Shown: positions 24,561-37,995, counted from the stretch's first letter. The stretch is DNA of 64,000 nt from Squalus acanthias (GCA_030390025.1 CM059431.1:124870001-124934000); one strand, 5' to 3'. Notes: generated from the sequence alone by a model not told the origin. Translations and numbers: made by a program.

Positions 24561-26277
24561 TGTAGAATTCGCAATATATCGCGATTTGATTAATAAGGAG
24601 AAAACACAAAGTTTCGTTCAAACAGCTTTTATTTCAGCAGAATGCTGGCAGGTTTAAATTGGACACAAGCAGCCTGTAAAATGGCCGCCGCACCTCGTGA
24701 CAGAACATTCTAGACTTTTCAACAGGCAGACAAGATGGCGTTCCAATAAACATTTGTGCAAGATCGATTAAGATTCAGCACAGTGAAGATAATACACGAG
24801 ACATTATGGGTTTGCAGTATAAACATAGATACTGGAATCGGTCTCCCAGGTACAAAGGAAAGCCATTGTACCGAGTAATCAAGGGCCCATCCAAAGGACA
24901 TTAATATGTAAAATCCCAACGACTCTACGATGAGAGAGCCGTTAGCAGGTAGTTATACAGGACACTTGGAAGCCCCAAACCCCTCCAGGGAGAACACCGA
25001 CCGATTTAACAATGGGAGAAATATTAACAGGTACTCAGACATTTACGAGTAGCCCCGAAACCCATTTAAGAACGGAGATCACCCATACAAGACATTTGGG
25101 CGCCAAACCCGAAACAAAAGAAAGGACATTATAGTTGGGCGGGAAACGGAAGATTTTGCACTATAATTGCAGGCTCCAAACCGTCCATTCTTTCTCTTGC
25201 ATTCGCTCGCTTGCTCCTGTGCCTTTATCCGGTCGATTCGTAACCTCGTGGCTGCTCCTGTGTACTCGTAGTTGGGTTTCTGCTTGCCTGTTGCCTCTTC
25301 TGAAAAGACTGTTGAACTTTCTGATCCGTTCGGATCTACCTCGTGTCGCGTAACGAAGACCTATGTTGGTAACTGGCAGCGGAACCGAAGGCCCGAGATG
25401 AGATGAGATGAGATGAGATGAGATGAGAAGAGAGGAAGACCATATCCATCGCCACGGTCAGTAAATCCCGACCGCGCCTGTAGGTCGATTAGCCAAGTTT
25501 TCCTCGCCAGGAAGATTTCTCTTTTGAACTTATAACGAAACATATTGCATCGACGATAACTGGACTGTGTCCAGGGTAACTGGAACGTGAAAACACATCG
25601 TATCGATGATATTGACAACTGTGCTCCAAGAGTACCTGTTAAGCCAACCAACACAGGTCTTCATCACAGCAGACGGTCCAGCCTGCTAGCCGGAGCAGCA
25701 GAAGCAAGTAAACAAGTGGGACCAGGAGATCTCCTGACCGACACGTGGGTGCTGCGGTGAAAAACATCCGATCAGCTATTCGGAATTTCTCCGAGTTATC
25801 ACGAGTGGTGAGCATGAGTCTCGAGATCCTACGAATCTAGTTTAGGATAGATATTGATAGGGGAGGGTTTAAGGATTAAGGATATTTGTAATGTGTGCCC
25901 CTATTTACTTTGTGCCGTTCGTTCCTCGTTTCCCTAAGATCGACTATATAACTGTTTGTAAGATTGTACTGTCATTAATCTGTGCTTATGACATGTACTT
26001 CATAATTTTAAGTATCATGCAATAAAGATTTTCCATTTCGTACCATTCAAACCAAGTCTACATGAGTTTTATCTCCATTACTGCTCTCGCATCTAAGTCC
26101 AGTGTCTAGAACCGTAAGGGAGAGTGATTCGAACCACTCACAGGTGTGTCTAGTGTTCCCAGACTGGCTGGAGACCAGAACAGGCAACAAGGCCTAGACC
26201 CGCACTGACATACAGGCTGCACAGAGCCGCGTGAACCTCACAGGCTGCGAGACACGCAGGGTCAGGAATCCCTTACA
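24561..26277 (+). mobile_element. Solo LTR 1 (1717 bp)
   Basis: TGTA...TACA termini, exact 4-bp TSD TACT, TATA-like CTATAA at 25161, AATAAA at 26021; homologous end to end with 61123-62831. Confidence 0.9.
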
Positions 26278-26489
26278 TACTCATTAACCAAAAGAGTGAG
26301 CAGGTTACGTAGTCTTAATGTCATCATTAAATGATTTACTTACATTTTCCAGTAAACCACTGCCTAGAAGTAATTTATCTAATTGAAACTGACTTTAAGA
26401 ACATAAGAACATAAGAAATAGGAGCAGGAATAGGCCACTTGGCCCCTCGAGCCTGCTCCGCCATTCAGTAAGATCATGGCTGATCTTGG

Positions 26490-29416
26490 GCTCAAAGCCA
26501 CTTCCCAGCCCGCTCCCCATAACCCTTCACTCCCTTATCTTGCAAATATTTGTCTATCTCCACTTTAAATGTATTTAATGACCCAGCCTCCACAGCTCTC
26601 TGGGGCAGAGAATTCCACAAATTTACGACCCTCTAAGAGAAGATGTTCCTCCTCATCTCAGTTCTAAAAGGGCGACCATTTATTCTGAGACTGTGCCCCC
26701 TAGTTCTAGATTTCCCCATGAGGGGAAACATCCTCTCTGCATCTACCCTGTCGAGCCCCCTCAGTATCTTATATGTTTCGATAAGATCACCTCTCATTCT
26801 TCTAAATTCCAATGAGTATAGGCCCAGCCTGCTCAACCTTTCCTCATAAGTCAAACCCCTTCATCTCTGGAATTAACCTAGTGAATCATTTCTGAACTAC
26901 CTCCAATGCAAGTATATCCCTCCTTAAATAAGAAGACCAAAACTGTACGCAGTACTCAAGGTGTGGTCTCACCAATACCTTGTACAGTTGTAGCAGGACC
27001 TCCCTGCTTTTATACTCCAACCCCCTTGAAATAAAGGCCAACATTCCATTTGCCTTTTTGATTACTTGCTGTACCTGCATGCTAACTTTTTGTGTTTCAT
27101 GCACAAGGACCTCCAGGTCCCTCTGAACTGTAGCATTTTGTAATCTCTTTCCATTTAAATAATAGTTTGCTTTTTTATTTTACCTGCCAAAGTGGATAAC
27201 CTTGCACTTTCCCACATTATACTCCATCTGCAAAATGTTTGCCCACTCACCTAGCCTGTCTATATCCCTTTGCAGATTCTTTGAGTCCTCTGCACAACTT
27301 GCTTTCCCACCGATCTTTGTATCATCCGCAAACTTGGCTACATTACACTCGATCCCTTCATCCAAGTCATTCATGTAGATTGTAAATAGTTGGGGCCCCA
27401 GCACCAATCCTTATGGCACCCCACTAGTTACCGTTTGCCAACCAGAAAATGACCCATTTATCCCGAATCTCTGCTTTCTGTTAGTTAGCCAATTCTCTAT
27501 CCATGCTAATATATTACCCCAACTCCGTGAGCTCTTATCTTATGCAGTAACCTTTTATGTGGCACCTTATCGAATGCCTTCTGGAAATCCAAATACACCA
27601 CATCCACTGGCTCACCCTTGTCCACCCTGCTTGTTACATCCTCAAAGAACTCCAGCAAATTTGTTAAATATGATTTCCCTTTCATAAAACCATGCTGACT
27701 CTGTTTGACTGCAGTATGTTTTTCTAAATGCCCTGCTACTGCTTTCTTAATGAAGGACTCCAGCAATTTCCCAATGACAGATGTTGGGCTAACTGGTCTA
27801 TAGTTTCCTGCTTTCTGTCTCCCTCCTTTCTTAAATTGGAGTGTTACATTAGCGGTTTTCCAATCCGCTGGGACCTCTCCAGAGTCCAGGGAATTTTGGT
27901 ATATTGCAACCAATGCATCCACTATCTCTGCAGGCACTTCTTTTAAGACCCTAGGATGCAGGCCATCTGGTCCAGGGGACTTGTCGTCTTTTAGTCCCAT
28001 TATTTTACCGAGTACTATTTCCTTAGTGATAGTGATTGTCTTTAGTTCCCCACTCCCTGTGGCCCCTTGATTATCCATTATTGGGATGTTGTTAGTGTCT
28101 TCTACTGTGAAGACAGATGCTAAATATTTGTTCAGAGTCTCCACCATTTCCACGTACTCCATTATTAATTCCCCAGTCTCATCCTCTAAGGGACCAACGT
28201 TTACTTTAGCTACCCTCTTCCTTTTTATATACCTGTAGAAGCTCTTACTATCTGTTTTAATGTTTCTTGCCAGCTTACTCTCATAATTCATCTTTCTCTC
28301 TCTATTATTTTTTTAGTCATCCTTTGCTGGCCTCCCACCAATCTTGGCAACATTGTATGCCTTTGTTTTCAATTTGATACCATCCTTTACTTTCTTAGTT
28401 AGCCACGGATGGTGCTCCCTTCTCTTAAAATCTTTCTTTCTCACTGGAATATATTTTTGTTGAGAGTTATGAAATATCTCCTTAAATGTCCGCCACTGCA
28501 TTTCAACTGTCTTACCCTTTAATTTGTTTTTCCAGTCCACTTTAGCCAGTTCTGCCCTCATGCCATTATAATTGCCTTTGTTTAAGATCGGGACACTGGT
28601 TTGGGATACAACTTTCTCACCCTCCAACTGAATTTGAAATTCAACCATGCTGTGATCACACTTGCCTGGAGGATCCTTTACTATGAGATCATTTATTAAT
28701 TCTGTCTCATTACATAGTACCAGATCCAAGATAGCCTGCTCCCTGGTTCGTTCCATTACATACTGTTCGAGGAAAACATCCCAGATGCACTCTATGAACT
28801 CCTCCTCCAGGCTACCATGGCCAATTTGATTTGTCCAATCAATATGGAGATTAAAATCACCCATGATTATTACCGTACCTTTTTTACAGGCCTCCATTAT
28901 TTGTTGATTTATACTCTGTCCAACAGTATTGCTACTGTTTGGGGGCCTGTAGACTACGACCACCAGAGACTTTTTCCCCTTATTATTTTTTATCTCCACC
29001 CAAACCGATTCTATACCTTGATCTTCTGAGCCAATATCACTTCTCACCACTGCACTGATCCCATCTTTTACCAACAAAGCCACCCCACCTCACTTTCCTT
29101 TCTTTCTATCCTTCCGAATTATCATATACCCTGGAATATTCAGTTCCCAGCCCTGTTCGCCTTGCAACCACGTCTCTGTAATGGCGATCTGATCATACCC
29201 ATTTGTATCTATTTGTGCCGTCAACTCATTTATCTTGTTACAAATGCTGCATGCATTCAGATATAGAGCTTTTAACTTTGTCTTTTTACTATTTTTCCTT
29301 GTTTTGGCCTTTTTTTCTGTTACACTCTTATTTTTAAACATTCTGTCCCTCCCTGTCACACTCTGGTTATTGTTTTCCCCATCTCTAGCCTGCTCTATTG
29401 CTTTCTCATTTCTCAT
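26490..29416 (-). pseudogene. CR1 ORF2: APE endonuclease plus reverse transcriptase, disrupted
   Basis: YLNACSI, ITETWL, GDFN, CDHS, LDFQKAFDKVPH and FADDTK motifs across several frames. Confidence 0.93.
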
Positions 29417-29465
29417 TGACTTTTTATTTTCCCGCTCACCTGGATCCTCCCCCCCCCCCCACTAT

Positions 29466-30418
29466 TTAGTTTAAAGTCCTCTCTACAGCCCTGGTTATTC
29501 GATTTGCCAGGACTCTAGCCCCAGCATGGTTCAAGTGAAGCCCGTCCAAATGGAAAAGCTCCCTCTTATCCCAGTACTGGTGCCAGTGCCCCACAAATCG
29601 AAACCCATTTCTCCCACACCAGTCTTTGAGCCACTCGTTCATTTCTCTTATCTTATTTACCCTATGCAAATTCGCTCATGGCTCAGGTAGTAATCCAGAG
29701 ATTATTACCTTTGTGGTTCTGCTTTTTAATTTAGCCCCTAGCTGCTCATACTCTCTCAGCAGAACCTCTTTCTTTGTCCTACCTATGTCATTGGTACCTA
29801 CGTGGACCAGGACAACTGGATCTTCCTCCTCCCACCCCAAGTTTCTCTCCAGCCCAGAGGAGATGTCCTTAACCCTGGCACCGGGCAGGCAACACAGCCT
29901 TCGGGACTCATGCTCTCGGCTGCAGAGAACAGTATCTATCCCCCTCACTATACTGTCCCCAATCATTACAACATTTCTTTTTGCTCCCCCACTTGAATGG
30001 CTCCCTGTACCACGGTGCTGTGGTCAGTTTGCTCATCCTCCCTGCAGTCCCTGGCCTCGTCCACACAGGGAGCAAGAATCTTGTACCTGTTGGACAAGGC
30101 CAAGGGCTGAGGCTCCTCCACCACTACTTCCTGGATCCCAATACCTGCCTCGCTTGTAGTCACACCCTCCTGTTCCTGACCATGGGCCAAATTGGAAGTA
30201 ATTATTCTCGTGGGTGTGACTGCCTCCTGGAACATAGTGTCCAGGTAACGCTCCCCCTCCCTAATGTGTCGCAGTGTCTGAAGCTCGGACTCCAGCTCAT
30301 CAACTCTGAGTCGAAGTCCCTCGAGCAGCCAACATTTGCTGCAGATGTGGTCGCTGTGGACCTCAATGGTGTCCACGAGCTCCCACATGCAACAACAACA
30401 CATTGCATGGTCTCCCAT
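29466..30418 (-). pseudogene. CR1 ORF1: Cys-rich zinc finger, coiled coil, SGNH esterase
   Basis: CCCCMWE...CSKC, heptad region LRLRVDELESELQTL, GDSI, HVGTND and DGLHLN motifs; one frameshift and one stop. Confidence 0.92.
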
Positions 30419-30624
30419 CTCAATTAATTAATTAGTTTTAAAATTTGGAACACTTATATATGTTTTAATCTACACCAAGGCACTTAAATTTAGACGCTCA
30501 AATTTGGAAAAAAGCGAGAAATAGAAAAATACTCACCAACCAATCACTTACCTGCTTTCTGGTGACGTCACACTTTGATTACCTTTTACTTCTTTACACT
30601 CACCGGTTCTTTGTATCTCAGCGT

Positions 30625-30924
30625 CTCCCGCTGCTTTTGAACTCTCCCGGGTTTTGGCGCTCTCGCTCTGCTCCCGCTGCTTTTGAACTCTCCCGGGTTT
30701 TGGCGCTCTTGCTCTGCTCCCGCTGCTTTTGAACTCTCCCGGGTTTTGGCGCGCTCGCTCTGCTCCCGCTGCTTTTCAACTCTCCCGGGTTTTGGCGCGC
30801 TCGCTCTGCTCCCGCTGCTTTTGAACTCTCCTGGGTTTTGGCGCTCTCGCGCTGCTCCCGCTGCTTTTGAACTCTCCCGGGTTTTGGCGCTCTCTCTCTG
30901 CTCCCGCTGCTTTAGAACTCTCCC
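30625..30924 (-). promoter_or_regulatory. 46-bp monomer tandem array (6.5 copies) forming the CR1 5' end; putative internal promoter
   Basis: Units start at 30625, 30671, 30717, 30763, 30809, 30855 and 30901. CpG-rich, with a CRE (TGACGTCA, 30563-30570) and a CCAAT (30540) nearby. Promoter role is inferred. Confidence 0.75.
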
Positions 30925-31932
30925 ATAAGGATATTTTAAAAAAGTGGCAAATGGAAACAAAGTACACAACAATATTATAAATAGAATAACACAATGATAT
31001 TAAAAATTAGAAGTCAGACATCAGTATTTTATTTAAGGAAAATAAAAGTTTGTTAATGTGACTAAAGTTATGGATTATATCGCATTTGACATTTAGCACA
31101 TGACAACACCAAATTAACAGTAAGGCTTTCTGTTAGCCCTTATCCAAAATGCAACCACTTAAGTTGACATATATGTAATTATAGTTTGGAACAGGATGAA
31201 CGCTGTATCTCAGTATTCAATCTGTTTTTACCAAAATCTTGGAGGCTCCAAACTTTATGTTTTCTTCCCTTACATGTACCGTATAAACAATTCCCAGTTA
31301 AGTCAGTACAACTTTCGGGGCGCTACTTCAGATACTAGTTTAAACCATAATAAATCAAATTTTAATGTGCCTTTCAACCTCATCGAGTGTGATGTCCATG
31401 CTGCAGGTTAGCACTTACCATCTGCTCACTAATCCATTTTTGTATGACTCATCTGTTGTTGCAGCTTATTTGAACGTGTCCAAGTTTGGATATTTAAAGG
31501 ATACCGCTGTATGAGGAGTCAGATAGAGAGACTGACCCTAAGACTTTGAAGATTTTCATGCCACTGTATTATCAGGCATATAATTAGACAAGATATTGCT
31601 TTAACAGAAACTTTCATGGTGAAAATTTAGTGGAGAAAATTTGACCTGGTGGTGAAGAATTCTGTAATGCAATCACTGTGTGGTTGATGTAAAAAAAAAA
31701 TTTGAATGACTGTCATTTTGTCACTATGTGATTTTCAAAGCTGCCGAGGCTGCAGGGGTAATTTTAGAGTTGCTACTTCTGCAAAAAAAAGCTTAGATAT
31801 GGCAGCTACTGATTTGGTACGTTACTCAGTCAAGTGTAATGTAGTGACCCCAAAAATGCCCCTGGTATTTTTCAGTCAAGAACTTGTGAATATCTAAAGG
31901 TTTATTCCACATTTCATACCATTCAAATGTTA

Positions 31933-34900
31933 GGCCCGATTTTATCTCGGGGCGTGAGTGCATTGTGCGGGGCCATGGTGGGTTTGCAAACCTTCCGGCC
32001 CCCGCAGCCTAAACTCATGGGACTCATTTCAATGTTCCAAGTCAAACCCCTGCCCGAACCTGGCGGGAATCACTACCTGGCCGGTGGGCAGGAGCAGAAT
32101 TTTGGGTGGCAGAAGGCGCCACCGAGGACCCGAGGAAAAGGTCCCCGACATAAGGTAAGTGGTGGGGGAGCATCCGGAGGTTATCGTGATTGGGGTTGGG
32201 GGAGGGAAGCCTGGGGCAGGGGAGGTCCTCCTGGCCTATAAGGAAACCAAAAAATATGATTTTTAATCACTTTTCTGGGCTCTTCTGGTGAAAAGCAAAA
32301 GTGGAAGTCAGAGAAATCAAGGGTGTAAATCAAACATGGCCACAGTAAACAATAATTCTAGAAGGTGTAAGAGTGTTAAAAAAACAAGCCTGAAGGATTT
32401 GTGTCTTAATGCGAGGAGCATTCGTAATAAGGTGGATGAATTAGCTGTGCAAATAGATGTAAACGGATATGATATAATTGGGATTACGGAGACATGGCTC
32501 CAGGGTGACCAAGGTTGGGAATTCAATATCCAGGGGTATTCAATATTCAGGAAGGACAGGCAAAAAGGAAAAAGAGGTGGGGTAGCATTCCTGGTTAAAG
32601 AGGAGATTAACACAATAGTAAGGAATGATATTAGCCCTGATGATGTGGAATCTGTATGGGTAGAGCTGAGAAATACCAAGGGGCAGAAAACGTTAGTGGG
32701 AGTTGTATATAGACCCCCAATCAATAACGCTGAGGTTGGGGATGGCATTAAATGGGAAATTAGAGATGCGTGCAATAAGGGCACAGCAGTTATCATGGGT
32801 GACTTTAATCTACATATAGATTGGGCTAACCAAATTAGTAACAATACTGTGGAAGTGGAATTCCTAGAGTGTATACGGGATGGTTTCCTGGACCAATATG
32901 TCGAGGAACCAACTAGAGATCAGGCCATCTTAAACTGGGTATTATGTAAAGAGAAAGGATTAATTAGCAATCTTGTTGTGTGAGGCCCCTTGGGGAGGAG
33001 CAATCATAATATGATAGAATTCTTCATTAAGATGGAGAGTGAAGTAATAGTTGACTCAGAGACTAGGGTACTGAATTTAAATAAAGGAAACTACGATGGT
33101 ATGAGGCGCGAGTTGGCTAGGATGGATTGGGGAATGTTACTTAAAGGGTTGATGGTGGATAAGCAATGGCAAATGTTTAAAGATCGCATGGATGAACTAC
33201 ATAATTTGTTCATCCCTGATTGGCATAAAAATAAAACAAAAAAGATGACTCAACCGTGGCTAACAAGGGTAATTAGGGATAGCATAAGATCCAAGAAGAG
33301 GACATTTAAATTGGCCAGAAAAAGTAGCAAACCTGAGGATTGGGAGCAGTTTAGGATTCAGCAAAGGAGGACAAAGGGATTCATTAAGAGGGGGAAAATA
33401 GAGTATGAGAGTAAGCTTGCAGGGAACATAAAAACTGACTGTAAAAGCTTCTATAGATATGTGAAGAGAAAACGATTGGTGAAGTCAAGCGTAGGTCCCT
33501 TGCAGTCAGAATCAGGGGAATTTATAATGGGGAACAAAGAAATGTGAGACCAATTAAATACATACTTTGGTTCTGTCTTCACAAAGGAGGACACAAATAA
33601 ACTCCCAGAGATGTCGGGGAACATATGGTCTAATGAGAGGGAGGAACTGAATGAAATCAGTATTTGTAGAGAAATGGTGTTAGGGAAATTGGCGGGATTG
33701 AAGGCCGATAAATCCCCAGGGCCTGATAATCTACATCCTAGGGTACTAAAGGAAGTGGCCATAGAAATAGTAGATGCATTGCTGGTCATCTTCCAAAATT
33801 CTACAGACTCTGGAACAGTTCCCATGGATTGGAGGGTAGCTAATGTAACCCCACTATTTAAAAAAGGTGGGAGAGAGAAAATGGGGAATTATAGACCGGT
33901 AAGCCTGACATCTGTAGTGGGGAAAATGCTAGAGTCCATTATAAAAGATGTAATAGCAGAGCACTTGGAAAACAGTGACAGGATTGGACAAAGTCAACAT
34001 GGATTTACAAAGATAAATCATGCTTGACTGATCTACTTGAATTTTTTGAGGATTTAACTAGTAGAATAGATAAGGGAGAACCAGTGGATGTGGTATATTT
34101 GGACTTTTAAAAGGCTTTCGATAAGGTCCCGCATAAGAGATTAGCGTGCAAAGTTAAAGCACATGGGATTGGGGGTAAGGTACTGACTTGGATAGAAAAC
34201 TGGTTGGCAGACAGGAAGCAAAGAGTTGGAATAAACGGGTCTTTTTCTGAGCGGCAGGCAGTGACTAGTGGGGTACTGCAGGGATCGGTGCTAGGACCCC
34301 AGTTATTCACAATATATATTAATGATCTAGACGAGGGAACTAGATGTAATATCTCCAGGTTTGCAGATGACACAAAGCTGGGTGGGCGTGTGTGCTGTGA
34401 GGAGGATGCAGAGAAACTCCAGTATGATTTGGACAAGTTGGGTGATTGGGCAGATGCATGGCAGATGCAGTATAATGTGGATAAATGTGAGGTTATCCAC
34501 TTTGGAGGCAAAAACAGGAAGGCAGATTATTATCTGAACGGCAATAGATTGGGAAAAGGGGAAGTGCAACGAGACCTGGGTGTCCTTGTGCACCAGTCGC
34601 TGAAGGTAAGCATGCAGGTGCAGCATGCAGTTAAAAAGGCAAATGGTATGTTGGCCTTCATAGCGAGAGGATTCGAGTACAGGAGCAAGGATGTCTAGCT
34701 GCAGTTGTACAGGGCCTTGGTGAGACCACACCTTGAGTATTGTGTGCAGTTTTGGTCACCTTATCTGAGGAAGGATGTTCTTGCCATGGAGGGTGTGCAG
34801 CGAAGATTCACCAGACTGATACCTCGGATGGCAGGAATGATGTATGAAGAGAGATTGGGTCGATTAGGCTTATATTCGCTAGAGTTTAGAAGAATGAGAG

Positions 34901-35575
34901 GGGACCTCATTGAAACTTATAAAATTCTAACAGGACTAGACAGACTAGATGCAGGAAGGCTGTTCCCGATGGCGGGGGAGTCCAGAACCAGGGGTCACAG
35001 TCTAAGGATAAGGGGTAAGCCATTTAGAACTGAGATGAGGAGGAATTTCTTCACCCAGAGAGTGGTGAACCTGTGGAATTCTCTACCACAGAAGGCAGTT
35101 GAGGCCAATTCATTAAATATATCCAAGAAGGAGTTAGATATATTTCTTAAGGCTAAGGGGATCAAGGGATATGGGGAGAAAGCAGGGAAAGGGTACTGAA
35201 TTTGGATGATCAGCCATGATCGCATTGAATGGTGGAGCAGTCTCGAGGGACGAATGGCCTACTCCTGCTCCTATCTTCTATGTTTCTATGTTTCTGTGCT
35301 CCTTTTTGCCGCTTGTTTTCACTGGCAGCTCCGGCATGGTGAGTCACTGCCACGATCAGCAGTTATAATTACGTGAGGGTCCTAATTGCACCAGCGGACC
35401 CTGACACTTAATTATTAGTGAGGCCCCTGCCTGACTGTGGCAGCTGCCTTCGACCCTGCTGAAAATCCAGCAGTTAAAATGGCGGAGGACAGGAGCAAGG
35501 AAGGAAGTGCGCAGCCGTCATTTTAACCACCCACTCGCCCCATTCCCATCAGGCGGGCAGGGTTAAAATCGGCCC
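31933..35575. mobile_element. Non-autonomous Harbinger-like element split by a CR1 insertion
   Basis: Ends GGCCCGATTTTA (31933) and TAAAATCGGCCC (35575) are inverted; GC-rich halves 31933-32287 and 35297-35575. Confidence 0.7.
32288..35296 (+). mobile_element. CR1 LINE with nearly complete disrupted ORF2, no ORF1
   Basis: APE (LNARSI, ITETWL, GDFN) and RT (FADDTK) fragments; (TTTCTATG)n tail. Confidence 0.95.
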
Positions 35576-35960
35576 TGTTGACAGTGCTGTAGTGTGGAGG
35601 AAAAAACTTTCAGAAATAAGATAAAGTATAGAAAAACAAGCAATAGAAATTAGCTGGTGGAAACTAAATTATTTTTTGAGGTCGAATACTTTGTGCTGCA
35701 CCTGAAAGTAAGTAAAACTTGTGTAAGTACCTGTAAATGGGAGTGCAGTACATTTTAAATCTGTAAATTGTTGTGAAAAGGCACAAAATAATCGAATTTA
35801 ATAGACCATGCAAAATTTTGTCTGGGCTGTGTGGGAGAAAAATTTAAATGGGTAATTATGAGAAAAATAGAAAGCATTAATAATAATAGAGAAGCAGGCA
35901 GTAATAGCTTAATGTCGCTATTAGAGAGCTATTGACTAGGTGCTACCTTTTAGAAACAGA

Positions 35961-36670
35961 GAGGGAAAAATTCTTCAGCGACCATTTTGGGTCGTTAACA
36001 TCCCCATGGCGCTAAATTTAGCGCCCGGCGAAAAATAGTGCTGGCGATCGCTAACTTCAGTTTTAGCGCCCCAACAGGGAGGTGGAGCGCTAATTCAAGT
36101 GCTCCACTTCCATCTTTGAGCGCTAACCCCGAATATCTGCAGCTAAGCACTGGGCCACGTCGTGCTGCTGCATGTAAGGGCTCTACCCCTCATTAAAGGG
36201 TAAGGCCCAAGCCCACAACTCTGTGGGGCCCTACCTGGACCACCGGGGAGCGGGTTGCCGTGCCAGCAGCCCGGCACACAAGAGGAGTGCTGGGCTGCCA
36301 GATCGCGGCACGGACCCCGCGTTCAAAGACAAGTAAGTCGGACAATTTTTTTTCCCCCGCCCGCCACCTCCCCTTTACTTAGCGCCTCGCGAGCCTCCTG
36401 TCGCTCTGTTCCCGCCCCTAGAATCGGTCGCTGTCATCGCCCGGCGCTAATTTAGGGGGCGCGGGCCGATTTTGCAGGCAGGGCGAAAGCGGAGCACTGC
36501 AGACGGTGTTGACATCGTCATCACCTGCGCAGCGGAGCGGGGCGTTATCGGTTACCGCCGCCACTAAACTCCTGCTGAATTTAGCAGGAGTCGTTAGCGC
36601 TGCCCCGCCCGGGCAAAAAGCCGTTTGCGCCCCGTTAGCGCCCCCCAGGTAACCTCAAGAAAGAATTCCA
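35961..36670. mobile_element. Non-autonomous Harbinger element (MITE), right end degenerate
   Basis: Left TIR GAGGGAAAAATT; dense TAGCGC/GCGCTA motifs; right subterminal TTTGCGCCCCGTTAGCGCCC is shared with other MITEs. Confidence 0.75.
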
Positions 36671-37092
36671 TGACAATAGCTGAAACTGTGCAACGTTTCC
36701 TAGCCTTAAAGGAAGGTTTAATTCTCAACTTAGCTGTGGGAATATAATTGAAATAAGAAAGCAATAGGATATTAGTAACTGAGGTGGAAAGCAGGAGATA
36801 ACAAGTGTATGTCATTACCATCGGCAAAGACACGTACTGGCACAATGAGGGCAAATCTGAAACATATTAAAATGAGGTATAAAGACCTTTTTAAATACAG
36901 GAGGCATTGTAAACAAATGCCAACTCATTAATGGGAAAAGCTGAGAAACTGACTCCCGTCTCTGCTGCTCAGATATTTTAATTACTTAATAAGCTTCATA
37001 TTTTTTCTGTTGGATCTTAAATAATTTCAAACTATAGAGCCAAGCACAAGATAAAAAGACTGATCGTGCTTTTTTACATTGCAAATATAAAA

Positions 37093-37986
37093 GGGGGAAA
37101 AATTCAGTTGGTTGCTCCTCTCGTTAGCGCCTTAAGAGGGCGCTAATGGGGCGCAAAGCAACTAGCGTCCCGGGCGCGGCGCTATTTGCGCCGCTCGCGA
37201 AATTAACTTGACATTTTGCAGCGGCGCTAAACACTACCGCCACGATCTGCTGCGCCAGCAGATCTTGACATCAGTCGAGTGCGCAACGCCCAGGTAGCGC
37301 CCCGGACCGGATATTGAGTGGCGCCCCCTGCTTTACTGCCTGCCGCTAGCAACGACAGGTTGAGGGGAGCGTTTTGCAGTCAGGAAGGGACTGGGGGAGC
37401 GCTATTTAAAGGCGACTGCTTTCTGCCTTTTTTTGTTGGTGACATTTTTGAACCACGCATTCTGAGAGAGAGAGACAGAGACTTCTGGAGAGATTCAACG
37501 CTGTGTGAAGGAGTTTTGGGTACTGAGCAGCACTTTGCAGGTTCATTTAGATTTGCCCTTCCTTGTATCGATTTAGAAGAGACTGTGGGGGCTGCACTCT
37601 GAGCTCTTTCCCTGGGACTCTCCATTGTTCTTTCCAGCAGATTTGATGTACAGGTCTCTCCAGGCTGAGATTCAAGGCTGCAATGAGCAGGGTGTGGATG
37701 GAAAACAAGATCAGCCCTCCCCTTTAAGAACTGGCTGGCACCATTGTGTCTGTGTTCCATTGCTGACTGACATCACATGAGCTTCACCAGCGCTCTGAGT
37801 TAGCGCCTTGCTCTTCGGTCTTTGCACCTTAAGACAGATATGTAGCGCCTGATTTAGCGCTCCAATCACCTCCAGGGGCGATAAAAGTCAAGTTTGCAGT
37901 CGGAGGCGATAATTAGCACCAGGCGCTAATCTTTGCGCCCAGCCGATAATTGCGCCCCAAATGGGACGATACTGAATTTTTCCCCC
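37093..37986. mobile_element. Harbinger MITE, family X copy 1 (894 bp)
   Basis: Perfect TIR GGGGGAAAAATTCAGT / ACTGAATTTTTCCCCC; TSD AAA. Confidence 0.92.
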
Positions 37987-37995
37987 AAAGATTTT

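Larger units (their letters stand above)
26397..30924 (-). mobile_element. Full-length CR1 LINE (5' monomer array, ORF1, ORF2, (TTCTTATG)n tail)
   Basis: Contiguous 5' UTR, ORF1, APE-RT ORF2 fragments and a 3' octamer tail. Confidence 0.95.

Noticed and set aside
30625..30924. CRISPR array, repeat-protein ORFs (30586-30972 etc.) or Pol III B-box array
   Set aside because: No spacers; the ORFs are translations of the tandem repeat; GAGTTCAAAAGC resembles a B box but I found no matching A box.
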